Part shown: positions 1 to 11,634 of the stretch, in pieces
How the letters are laid out: each line of letters starts with the position of its first letter
Position numbering within the stretch: position 1 is the stretch's first letter
DNA from: Octopus sinensis
Lineage: Eukaryota
Length of the DNA stretch: 64,000 nt
Reading direction: 5' to 3'
Assembly (NCBI RefSeq): GCF_006345805.1
Contig: NC_043019.1
Span: 32,301,360-32,365,359 of the forward strand
Position numbers and translations under genes: made by a program
The notes under the pieces: generated by a model
Databases searched by the model: none
Seen by the model: only the letters and a program-made list of their open reading frames with translations
What the model was told of the DNA's origin: nothing

Positions 1-1721
1 TAATACTTCCTCTCGTGTCACGTAGGAGTACGTTTATATTCGTTGTTTGTCATTTTATTTTCATCTATTTTCTTTCTTTCTTTCTTTCGTTATCGTTAAT
101 TAGTTATAGTTTATGTCCTTTGGCGGGAAGGAGCTTCAACGTCAATGAACGTTTGAAAAATAAGAAGTGCCCCCCCCCCCCAAAAAAAAAATGCCTCAAT
201 TTGTATATTTTAATTTTTCCACCGCAATCTCTTTTCCCCATTTTGAAAAGACAAGGTGTGTGTGTATATATGTATATATATATCTATATATATATGTATA
301 TATATATAAATATATATACATATATAAAATCAAAGACTGGAATTTATGGCATTATTTTGTTACAGTTGTTTCAATACAACACTCTGGTTTTAATCCTTTT
401 TATTTTCGTGTGTGTGTGTATATATATATATATGCATATATATATATATGTATGTATGTATGTGTAATATATAGTTAATATCTTTGGAACATCGCTTGTT
501 TGTTTTGAGTTTTTATGTCTTTTTTTTTTACATACTTGTTTATTTGTTTTTCATTGTTGATTTTTGCTACTACTACTATTGCTACTACCATCACTACTAC
601 TACTACCGCTATTACTCTGGATCGTGTCGGTTGCGTTTATTAGCTACACCCCCACCCACCCCCCTCATCACACCTTATTCCACTGCCGCCGCCACCCACA
701 CCCCGCCGCCGTACCTTCACCGCCCTCCCTCTCACCCTGCCTTACGCCACGGTTTGCTCTTTTTTTGTTTGTTTGTTTGTTTTGTTTTTGTTTGTTCATT
801 GGTTTGCTGCAATTGAGAACAATCTTAGTGTGCAGTTTTTTTGGTCTTTTTATAATCTTTCTAACCTGGTCTGTGCTTGCAGTGAAATAACAAGAAAAGC
901 CAAAAAAAAATTAAAATTAATAGAAAATGATAACAAAAATAATGTAGATTTACTAACACAACACAACCTCCTCCTCCTATCCCCACCCTCCCACCACACC
1001 CATCACCTCTTCCCCTCCTCTTGCTTGCCTGCCTACCCCCTTCACTTCCATCCTCTCTCCACCTCTCGCCCCTTATCTTCCATTCATTCATTCATTATGT
1101 ATGCGTTGAGTGAAATTTAGTTGGATGTGGCTGTGTGGTAAGGCGTTTGCTTCCCAACCACATGGTTTCAAGTTCAATCCCTCTGTATGCTGGCACCTTG
1201 GACAGTTGTCTTCTACTATAACCATAGTCCCGGGCCAACCAAAGCTTGTGGCTGGGATTTGGTCGACAAAAACTGAAAGAAGCCCATTTTATATAGATAT
1301 ATATGTGTTCATCCTCCTGCAACTGCTGGGACAGCCGTAGTTGGTTTGTTTACATCTGCATAAGTTTGTGGTATGCATCAAATGAAATTTTGTTGAATGT
1401 GGCTGTGTAGTAAGAAGCTTGCTCTCCAACCATTTCGTTTCAAGTTCAGTCCCTCTGTATGCTGGCACTTTGGTCAGCTGTCTTCTACTATGCAGCCCTG
1501 GGCCAACCAAAGCTTGCAGCTGCGATTTGGTTGACAAAAGCTGAAATAAGCCCATTTCATAGATATGTGTGTTTGTCGGCCCCACTGCCACTGCTTGACA
1601 ACCATTGTTGGTTTGTTTACATCCCCATAAGTTTGCGGTTAGTGGTTTGGCAAAAGAGAGTGGTAGAATAAGTATGAGATTTCAAAATAAATAACTACTG
1701 AAGAAGATTTTGTCTGGCTAA

Positions 1722-1893
1722 ACCCTTGTTTCAGTCATTTGACTGCAGTCATGCTGGAGCACCAGCCCCAGAACTTATTATTTTTCAAGCCTAGTACTTA
1801 TTCTGTCAGTCTCTTTTGCTGAACTGCTATGTTACGGGAACGTAAACATGCCAGCATTGGTTGCAAGTGATGGTGGGGGGACAAATATATACG

Positions 1894-1926
<33 letters not shown>

Positions 1927-2088
1927 ACAGGCTTCTTTCAGTTTCCAGCTACCAAATCCCCTTGCAAAGCTTTGGTCAGCCTGAGGCTTAATAGAAGACA
2001 CTTGCCCAAGGTGTCACATGGTAGAACTGAACCTGACACCATGTGGTTGGTAAGCAAGCTACTTACCACACAGCCACTCCTGTGCCTA
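1722..2088 (-). mobile_element. SINE family A (with older + copies at ~1122-1680)
   Basis: Reverse complement of the family A consensus. Confidence 0.8.
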
Positions 2089-2921
2089 AATACAGGCATA
2101 CTTCAACTTGCGTATGTCGTTGGTTTCAGCCACTCTTTAACTACACTGTCATGTCTGAACTTCCATACTGTTTCCCTGCGTCAGATTTCACTGGCAAGAT
2201 ACCAGTCAGCCCAGGGCTATAAGCAGAGAACACTTGTTCAATGTGCCACGGTTTGGGATTAACTCAGAACTATGATTTGCCAATTAATGGCCAATGGCTC
2301 AGTAGTAGAAGACATTTGCCCAAAGTGCCATAGTTTCGGGTTAAACCAGAGCTGTGGTTGCTAAGTATACTTCTTAACTACACAGCCATCATGTATGTGT
2401 GTATACAGAGAAAGTATGGAGATTACATGTCAACTATTTTATCCATTTTTTGAAATTCTTTGTTTATATTTATTCAAATGTATCTTAAATTGTTTTTTTT
2501 TTTTGCTTTAACAGTTGTCTACTTTTTTTGTTTTTCTTTTTCACAGTCTTTTCATCTCTTATTATAATGAGCCACCATTTTCTTTTTTTATTGTTGTTTA
2601 TGTATTTCTTTTTCATTTTGTTTTTTTTTGGTTTCCTTGCATTTCATTTCATTTCGTTCTAACGGAGGTGTAGTTGCTGTTAAATATAATATACATATCT
2701 GCATCCATCTACATGTGTTCATTACTCTTTTAACGAGAATAGTTTTTGACAGTGACTCCGAAGTTTTGGCCGGCTTAATCATCGTCTGACTGACATTCTG
2801 ATGATGTCCTAGCTAGCCAAAAGTTCAAAGTCACTATCAACACTATTCTTGTTAAAGAATAATAAATTTACCCTCCAATTTAATGTAAAATTGTTTTTAT
2901 TATACAAACATTAATATCTAA

Positions 2922-2963
<42 letters not shown>

Positions 2964-2968
2964 TAGAT

Positions 2969-3200
2969 AGGGAGAGTTTAAGAAAAAAAACAAAAGACGA
3001 AGACAGGTGGTGTACAAAACAAACAGATGTATTAGTATAATGCTCAGGAATAGAAAAAGTCTTTTACGTTTTGAGCTGATGCTCTTCTACAAGAAAGGGA
3101 TACAGAAAAATAAACAAGGAGAGAAAAAATGTGTGTAGTGGTTAGCGATCTATCATGGCGGTTAGTGCCGGACAGAAGGGTCAAACATGAGAAGGAAAGT
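2969..3200 (-). mobile_element. (TA)n-anchored non-autonomous element family P (Penelope-like terminal repeat), copy 1
   Basis: Shares gaagacaggtggtgtacaaaacaaacagatgtattagtataa.gctcaggaatagaaaaagtctt with 35352 and 44415. Abuts (AT)n and carries a hammerhead-like fold. Confidence 0.7.
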
Positions 3201-3211
3201 TGGGGAGATAA

Positions 3212-3503
3212 CGCAATGGCCCAGTGGTTAGGGCAGCGGACTCGCAGACGGAGGACCGCGGTTTCGATTCCCAGGCCGGGCGTTGTGAGTGTTTATTGAG
3301 CGAAAACACCTAAAAGCTCCACAAGGCTCCGGCAGGGGGTGGTGATCCCTGCTGTACTCTTTCACCACTCTTTCTCCCACTCTTTCTTCTGTTGGCCTGC
3401 TCGCTTAGCCAGCGGGGTGGCGTCATTCAAAGGCTAAAATAATGCGAACGCATTGTGACCAGCGATGTGTAACAACATCTGATGGTATGGTCGGTCACGT
3501 GAT
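3212..3503 (+). mobile_element. tRNA-derived SINE family C, tail type 1
   Basis: tggcccagtggttagggc A-box, ggtttcgattccc B-box; same tail as 14212-14497. Confidence 0.88.
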
Positions 3504-3986
3504 ATATATATATATGTGTGTGTGTGTGTGTATGTTTGTGTGTCTGTGTTTGTCCCTCTAACATTGCTCGACAACCGATGCTGGTGTGTTTACGTCCCCG
3601 TCACTTAGCGGTTCGGCAAAAGGGGCCAATAGAATAAGTGCTGGGCTTACAAAGAATAAGTCCCGGGGTCGATTTGCTCAACTAAAGGCGGTGCTCCAGC
3701 ATGGCCGCAGTCAAAATGACTGAAACAAGTAAAAGAGTAATAAGTAGATGTGCGGTTTTCAGACATTTATCGACCTCTTGAATAGTCCTGTCGACCACTT
3801 CGGAGACCCCTGCACTTGAGTCAGGTTTATCATTCAATTTGCTGCGAGTGATAAAAATAAATACCAGTCATGCACTGGGGTTAATTCAGTCAAAGATACC
3901 CTAGGCTGAGTGTGGGCAGGCTGCAGTCCTTGAGACTTTCTCAGTGACACACCCAAAGAAAAAATTTCCTCAATTTTTTTGTATTA

Positions 3987-4384
3987 GGTGCAGGAGTGGC
4001 TGTGTGGTAAGTAGCTTGTTTACCAACCACATGGTTTTGGGTTCAGTCCCACTGCGTGACACCTTGGGCAAGTGTCTTCTACTATAGCCTCGGGCCGACC
4101 AAAGCCTTGTGAGTGGATTTGGTAGACGGAAACTGAAAGAAGCCTGTCGTATATATGTATATATATATATGCGTTTGTGTGTCTGTGTTTGTCCCCCTAG
4201 CATTGCTTGACAACCGATGCTGGTGTGTTTATGTCCCCGTTACTTAGCGGTTCGGCAAAAGAGTCTCATAGAATAAGTACTGGGCTTACAAAAGAATAAG
4301 TCCCGGGGTCGATTTGCTTGATTAAAGGTGGTGCTCCAGCATGGCCGCAGTCAAATGACTTGAAACAAGTAAAAGAGTAAAGAG
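3987..4384 (+). mobile_element. tRNA-derived SINE family A, full length
   Basis: A-box-like tggctgtgtggtaag, B-box-like gggttcagtccc, ttgggcaagt core, internal (TA)(TG)n, tail ending gactgaaacaagtaaaagagtaa; more than 25 copies in the window. Confidence 0.9.
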
Positions 4385-5025
4385 TGTGGCCTGTCTGATG
4401 ATGGGGCCTTGTCTCATACAGCCTGCTTCTCAGAAAAGGTTGTCTCTGCCTGGTCTACAGGCTTTCCTAATTTCTGACCTCGTGTTTGTCTAAAGAAGTG
4501 CTGTTTGGTGTGTATGTATGTGTGTAGTACCATTAATGGTATTTGGTCATTGTTGTGTTCTGTAAGTGGTTGTGTAACAGTAGACGCGCTGGTGGTGGCG
4601 GTGGTCATCGGAGAAGCTGTCACATGTTGCCATTCCATCTACCACTCCTTCCTTCATTTTGGTTTCTACAGCACTTGAAACAGTACTTTGGCAGTGGTGG
4701 TGGTGGCGGTGCTGGGAGTGGGGACGATGTCCACCGAGTTTGTTGATGGTTTTACTGTTAATTATGGTAGGGGCAGGAGGGGGGGGGGGTGACCGACATT
4801 GTCGCAGCTATCCATTCTTTTTTTCTTTTTCTTTTTTTTTTTCTGTCGTTTTTGATTCTTAGTTGAACTAGATTTTAGCCAAATAATTGCACGCACACAC
4901 GCGCTCACATATGCAAGCACACACATACATGCACACACGTTACGGTAAAGTCTTCTTCTCAATACAATAGAAGAACCTAAAAGCAGAACAAGATGTTGCC
5001 CTGCATTCAATAGAAATATAACCGT

Positions 5026-8000
5026 ATAATAATCCTTTCTACTATAGGCATAAGGCCTGAAATTTGAGGGGAGGGGGACAAGTCGATTACATCTACTGGT
5101 ACTTATTTTGTCGCCCCTAAAAGGATGAAAGGCAAAGTTGACCTCATAATAATCCTTTCTACTATAGGCATAAGGCCTGAAATTTGAGGGGAGGGGACAA
5201 GTCGATTACATCTACTGGTACTTATTTTGTCGCCCCTAAAAGGATGAAAGGCAAAGTTGACCTCATAATAATCCTTTCTACTATAGGCATAAGGCCTGAA
5301 ATTTGAGGGGAGGGGGACAAGTCGATTACATCAACTGGTACTTATTTTGTCGCCCCTAAAAGGATGAAAGGCAAAGTTGACCTCATAATAATCCTTTCTA
5401 CTATAGGCATAAGGCCTGAAATTTGAGGGGAGGGGACAAGTCATTTACATCAACTGGTTCTTATTTTGTCGCCCCTAAAAGGATGAAAGGCAAAGTTGAC
5501 CTCATAATAATCCTTTCTACTATAGGCATAAGGCCTGAAATTTGAGGGGAGGGGGACAAGTCGATTACATCAACTGGTTCTTATTTTGTCGCCCCAAGGA
5601 TGAAAGGCAAAGTTGACCTCATAATAATCCTTTCTACTATAGGCATAAGGCCTGAAATTTGAGGGGAGGGGACAAGTCATTTACATCAACTGGTTCTTAT
5701 TTTGTCGCCCCTAAAAGGATGAAAGGCAAAGTGGACCTCATAATAATCCTTTCTACTATAGGCATAAGGCCTGAAATTTGAGGGGGGGGGACAAGTCGAT
5801 TACATCTACTGGTACTTATTTTGTCGCCCCTAAAAGGATGAAAGGCAAAGTTGACCTCATAATAATCCTTTCTACTACAGGCATAAGGCCTGAAATTTGA
5901 GGGGAGGGGGACAAGTCGATTCATTAATCTACTGGTACTTATTTTGTCGCCCCTAAAAGGATGAAAGGCAAAGTTGACCTCATAATAATCCTTTCTACTA
6001 TAGGCATAAGCCTGAAATTTGAGGGGAGGGGACAAGTCGATTACATCTACTGGTACTTATTTTGTCGCCCCTAAAAGGATGAAAGGCAAAGTTGACCTCA
6101 TAATAATCCTTTCTACTAGGCATAAGGCCTGAAATTTGAGGGGGGGGGACAAGTCGATTACATCTACTGGTACTTATTTTGTCGCCCCTAAAAGGATGAA
6201 AGGCAAAGTTGACCTCATAATAATCCTTTCTACTATAGGCATAAGGCCTGAAATTTGAGGGGAGGGGGACAAGTCGATTACATCTACTGGTACTTATTTT
6301 GTCGCCCCTAAAAGGATGAAAGGCAAAGTTGACCTCATAATAATCCTTTCTACTATAGGCATAAGGCCTGAAATTTGAGGGGGGGGGACAAGTCGATTAC
6401 ATCTACTGGTACTTATTTTGTCGCCCCTAAAAGGATGAAAGGCAAAGTTGACCTCATAATAATCCTTTCTACTATAGGCATAAGGCCTGAAATTTGAGGG
6501 GAGGGAGACTAGTCAATTACATCAACTGGTACTTATTTTGTCGCCCCTAAAAGGATGAAAGGCAAAGTTGACCTCATAATAATCCTTTCTACTATAGGCA
6601 TAAGGCCTGAAATTTGAGGGGAGGGGACAAGTCATTTACATCAACTGGTTCTTATTTTGTCGCCCCTAAAAGGATGAAAGGCAAAGTTGACCTCATAATA
6701 ATCCTTTCTACTATAGGCATAAGGCCTGAAATTTGAGGGGAGGGGGACAAGTCGATTACATCTACTGGTACTTATTTTGTCGCCCCTAAAAGGATGAAAG
6801 GCAAAGTGACCTCATAATAATCCTTCTCTACTATAGGCATAAGGCCTGAAATTTGAGGGGAGGGGGACAAGTCGATTACATCTACTGGTACTTATTTTGT
6901 TGCCCCTAAAAGGATGAAAGGCAAAGTTGACCTCATAATAATCCTTTCTACTATAGGCATAAGGCCTGAAATTTGAGGGGAGGGGGACAAGTCGATTACA
7001 TCTACTGGTACTTATTTTGTCGCCCCTAAAAGGATGAAAGGCAAAGTTGACCTCATAATAATCTTTTCTACTATAGGCATAAGGCCTGAAATTTGAGGGG
7101 AGGGAGACTAGTCAATTACATCAACTGGTACTTATTTTGTCGCCCCTAAAAGGATGAAAGGCAAAGTTGACCTCATAATAATCCTTTCTACTATAGGCAT
7201 AAGGCCTGAAATTTGAGGGGAGGGGACAAGTCATTTACATCAACTGGTTCTTATTTTGTCGCCCCTAAAAGGATGAAAGGCAAAGTTGACCTCATAATAA
7301 TCCTTTCTACTATAGGCCTAAGGCCTGAAATTTGAGGGGAGGGGGACAAGTCGATTACATCTACTGGTACTTATTTTGTCGCCCCTAAAAGGATGAAAGG
7401 CAAAGTTGACCTCATAATAATCCTTTCTACTATAGGCATAAGGCCTGAAATTTGAGGGGAGGGGGACAAGTCGATTACATCTACTGGTACTTATTTTGTC
7501 GCCCCTAAAAGGATGAAAGGCAAAGTTGACCTCATAATAATCCTTTCTACTATAGGCATAAGGCCTGAAATTTGAGGGGAGGGGGACAAGTCGATTACAT
7601 CTACTGGTACTTATTTTGTCGCCCCTAAAAGGATGAAAGGCAAAGTTGACCTCATAATAATCCTTTCTACTATAGGCATAAGGCCTGAAATTTGAGGGGA
7701 GGGAGACTAGTCAATTACATCAACTGGTACTTATTTTGTCGCCCCTAAAAGGATGAAAGGCAAAGTTGACCTCATAATAATCCTTTCTACTATAGGCATA
7801 AGGCCTGAAATTTGAGGGGAGGGGGACAAGTCGATTACATCTACTGGTACTTATTTTGTCGCCCCTAAAAGGATGAAAGGCAAAGTTGACCTCATAATAA
7901 TCCTTTCTACTATAGGCATAAGGCCTGAAATTTGAGGGGAGGGGGACAAGTCGATTACATCTACTGGTACTTATTTTGTCGCCCCTAAAAGGATGAAAGG

Positions 8001-8133
8001 CAAAGTTGACCTCATAATAATCCTTTCTACTATAGGCATAAGGCCTGAAATTTGAGGGGAGGGGGACAAGTCGATTACATCAACTGGTACTTATTTTGTC
8101 GCCCCTAAAAGGATGAAAGGCTAAGTTGACCTC
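5026..8133 (-). repeat. SINE-derived tandem satellite, 26 x ~120 bp
   Basis: Unit ataataatcctttctactataggcataaggcctgaaatttgaggggagggggacaagtcgattacatctactggtacttattttgtcgcccctaaaaggatgaaaggcaaagttgacctc is the reverse complement of the 3' half of SINE family B. The last unit runs on into the SINE head (8134-8220). Confidence 0.97.
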
Positions 8134-9020
8134 GACGGAATTTGCATTCCGAACATAGAGATGGACAAAATACTGCTTAGCATTTTGCCCGGTATGCTAA
8201 CGATTCTGCCAGCTCGCCACATTAATAATAATTATAATTATAATAATAATAATTTTTGCTATAGCCACAAGGCCTGAAATTTTAGGGGAGGGGGACTAGT
8301 CGATTACATCCACCGACCCCCCCGTTTCACTGGTACTTTATTTATTGAACCCAAAAGGATGAAAGGCAAATTCCACCACGGCAAAATTTGAACTCAAAAT
8401 GTAAAGACAGACGAAATGCCATTTTGCCTGGCATGCTAACGATTCTGCCAGCCCACCACCTTAATAATATTAATGGTGATGATGGTGATAGTAATCATCA
8501 TAATTATTACCAGGCAGTGAATTTGATGATGATGATAATGTTAATCACAATTCTTTCTTATTTCTTTACTGCCCAGAAGGGGCTACACACAGAGGTGACA
8601 AACAAACAGATTAAGTCGATTATATTGACTGGTACTTATTTAATTGACCCCGAAAGGATGAAAGGCAAAGTCGACCTCGGCGGAATTTGAACTCAGAACA
8701 TAGCGGCAGACAAAATACTGTTAAGCATTTCGCCCAGCGTGCTAACGTTTCTGCCAGCTCGCCACCTTTCTACTAGATAGATGCACAAGGCCTGAAAGTT
8801 TGCAGGAGAGGGGTGGATAGTCAATTACATCGACCACCCCCTTTCCCCTCCTCTTTCTCCAGTATTTGACTGGTACTTATTTCATTGACCCACCCCGAAA
8901 GAATAAGAGGCAAAGTTGATCTCGGCAGAATTTGAACTCAGAATGTAGTTAGTGACAGACGAAATGTCACTAAGCATTTTTTTCCCCCAACACGCTAACG
9001 ATTCTGCCAACTCACCTTAA
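8134..9020 (-). mobile_element. SINE family B cluster (head of array parent plus three further head-to-tail copies)
   Basis: ttctgccagctcgcc head motif near 8206, 8446, 8753 and 9003, each with the aaggatgaaaggcaaagtcgacctc central block. Confidence 0.85.
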
Positions 9021-9136
9021 CGACGACGATGATGATTGTGACCTGCTTACTGCTGGCTGAGTACACTGGATGGTGCAGCATGAAGCGAAGTGTTTTTCTC
9101 AAGAACCCATTTCACCGCCAGCCTTGAGTATCGAAA

Positions 9137-9525
9137 GTGGAGGCGCAATGGCCCAGTGGTTAGGGCAGCAGACTCGCGGTCATAGGATCGCGGTTTCGAT
9201 TCCCAGACCGGGCGTTGTGAGTGTTTATTGAGCGAAAACACCTAAAGCTCCACGAGGCTCCGGCAGGGGATGGTGGTGATCCCTGCTGTACTCTTTCACC
9301 ACAACTTTCTCTCACTCTTACTTCCTGTTTCTGTTGTACCTGTATTTCAAGGGGCCGGCCTTGTCACTCACTCTCTGTGTCACGCTGAATATCCCCGTGA
9401 ACTACGTTAAGGGTACACGTGTCTGTGGAGTGCTCAGCCACTTACACGTTAATTTCACGAGCAGGCTGTTCCATTGATTCAGATCAACCGGAACCCTCGT
9501 CGTCGTAACCGACGGAGTGCTTCCA
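9137..9525 (+). mobile_element. SINE family C, tail type 2, with 12-bp TSD
   Basis: TSD tgagtatcgaaa at 9125-9136 and 9526-9537; tail also at ~48150-48375 and reversed at ~14640-14770. Confidence 0.9.
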
Positions 9526-9662
9526 TGAGTATCGAAACCGCAACGTTGCGATTATGACTGCAATGCCCTTAACCACTAGGCCCCGTATGCTTGTATGTAA
9601 TTTAACTGTGTTGAAAGGATGGTGGGAAAGAAACACTCTGTTTTTCTCCATCTTTCTCCCTA

Positions 9663-9694
<32 letters not shown>

Positions 9695-10385
9695 TATATT
9701 AAATAGACTTCTATGATCCAATTTAATAACAGCACTGAAGCAGTATTTTTCTTTTACTTACCCCCTGTAAGTGGCACACTTAATTACTTTAAGTAACTTT
9801 TCTTCAGAGGTTTAAGGCCACCTCTGCCGCCGCCACCACCACCACCACCACCACCATCATGCCTGGCATTACTTTCACCAAATCTCCCCCTCTCCCCTCT
9901 CAGCTCCCGCTTTCCTCCCACCCTCTTCCTCCTCCTCCTCCCAACACAGTGCAATCTATACAATGAGAACTTTAATGGCGAGAAAGGAAAGGACTCTGAC
10001 TTAACAATGTAGAAAGAAAGTGGGTTATCTTAAGGACCCTGTTATCAAACAGTGTATTAGATGAGATGGGGCGGGCGGGAGGGGGTGCTGTCTCCTCCTC
10101 CACAACCCCCCCCCGACTCCTTCATGTGGCAAGGAGGGGTCAAGGAACTGAACAAAAACAACATCTATATACAACTGTTGCCCAAGAATTTGTCCCATTA
10201 TTTGGCTTATTAGTACCTTAGTTGGGTTTTAGACCCTCCCCCATGTTAGCCCTTATAATCAGTTGCCTTTCAGCTTATACCCATCTTATATTTGGTGGGG
10301 TGGTTCTTTTTAGGGGGTTTTTTTTTTGTAGTTCTAGGCCCACTACATTCTCCAATGTGCTGGCTTTTTCATTTTTTTTTTTTTT

Positions 10386-10610
10386 TTGGTAATCGGTTGT
10401 CGAGCGATGTTTGTGGGTGACAAACACAGACACACAAGCACACACACATATATACATATACATGTATACGATGGGCTTCTTTCAGTTTTCATCTACCAGA
10501 TCCACTCAAATGGTTTTGGTTGGCCTAAGGCTATAGCAGAAGACACTTGCCCAAACCTGGAACCATATGGTTGGTAAGGAAGCTACTTACCACACAGCCA
10601 CTCTTGCATC
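10386..10610 (-). mobile_element. SINE family A, partial
   Basis: ggcttctttcagtttt...accacacagccactc. Confidence 0.8.
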
Positions 10611-10614
10611 TGTA

Positions 10615-10663
<49 letters not shown>

Positions 10664-11006
10664 ACTGTATATATAGATATGTGTGTTTGCCTTCTCACCA
10701 TCATCTGACAACTGGCATTCCTTTGTTCCCATCCCTGTAACTTCACAGTTTAGCAAAGGAAAGCAATAGTATAAGTACTGAATTATGTACCCCCAAACAC
10801 AAAACATTGGTGAGGTGGGGCGTCAACTTGTGGACTAAACCCTTCAAAGCAGTGCCTCCCCCACCAACCCAACCATCCATCCAGCATGGATGGCCACAGT
10901 CCAATTACAGACACAAGTAAAAGACAATGGAAACCTCAGCCTAAAATTACATAAACAACACACACAAACATACAAGCATGTAGATCCGTTCAATTATATA
11001 TATATA

Positions 11007-11220
11007 CTGGAGTAAGCACATAAATGTGAAACAAGGTGGAAAAAGAGTACTCAAATACCAGAGGTAGAGTAATATGCTTTATTTAAAAGCAGCAGCAATA
11101 TAACAGAAGCTGTTACTCGGAGTTTCATGTTCCCGTTCATTGGACAGTTTTGTTTTTAAAAAAAACGTGAAACTCCGAGTAACAGCTTTTGTTATATTTC
11201 TGCTGCTTTTAAATAAAGCA
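11007..11220 (-). mobile_element. (TA)n-anchored element family Q with inverted partial duplication (Penelope-like)
   Basis: Abuts (AT)n on both sides; 57-bp inverted repeat 11075-11131/11164-11220; hammerhead-like fold on the minus strand. Confidence 0.6.
11107..11150 (-). ncRNA. Degenerate type I hammerhead ribozyme motif
   Basis: Minus strand reads CUGU CCAAUGA ACG-GGAA-CAU GAAA CUC-C-GAG UA ACAG. Stems I, II and III are present with a GUA triplet; the core differs from CUGAUGA at two positions. Confidence 0.5.
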
Positions 11221-11240
11221 ATTATATATGTATATATATA

Positions 11241-11634
11241 GGTGCAGGAGTGGCTGTGTGGTAAGTAGCTTGTTTACCAACTACATGGTTCCGGGTTCAG
11301 TCCCACTGCGTGGCACTTTGGGCAAGTGTCTTCTGCTATAGCCTCGGGCCGACCTAAGCCTTGTGAGTGGATTTGGTAGACGGAAACTGAAAGAAGCCCG
11401 TCATATATATGTAATATATGTGTATATAGATATATATATATATTATATATACGTGTATGTGTTTGTTCCCCCTAGCATTGCTTGACAACCGATGCTGGTG
11501 TGTTTATGTTTCCGTTACTTAGCGGTTCGGCAAAAGAGAACCGATAGAATAAGTACTGGGCTTACAAAAGAATAAGTCCTGGGGTCGAGTTGCTCGATTA
11601 AAGGCAGTGCTCCAGCAAGGAAACAAGTAAGAGT
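11241..11634 (+). mobile_element. SINE family A, full length
   Basis: Family A consensus. Confidence 0.9.

Noticed and set aside
3212-3290. tRNA gene
   Set aside because: A and B boxes are present, but there is no complete cloverleaf and the sequence continues into a SINE body. The same applies to the heads at 9137, 14212, 26050 and 60026.
4666-4780. Gly-rich exon candidate after ttttggtttctacag
   Set aside because: Low-complexity GGT repeat, early stop and no EYA similarity.
5026-8133. CRISPR-like array or coding repeat (ORF 5697-6035)
   Set aside because: No unique spacers, no cas genes and a eukaryotic context. The unit is SINE-derived and has frequent 1-bp indels that break frame.
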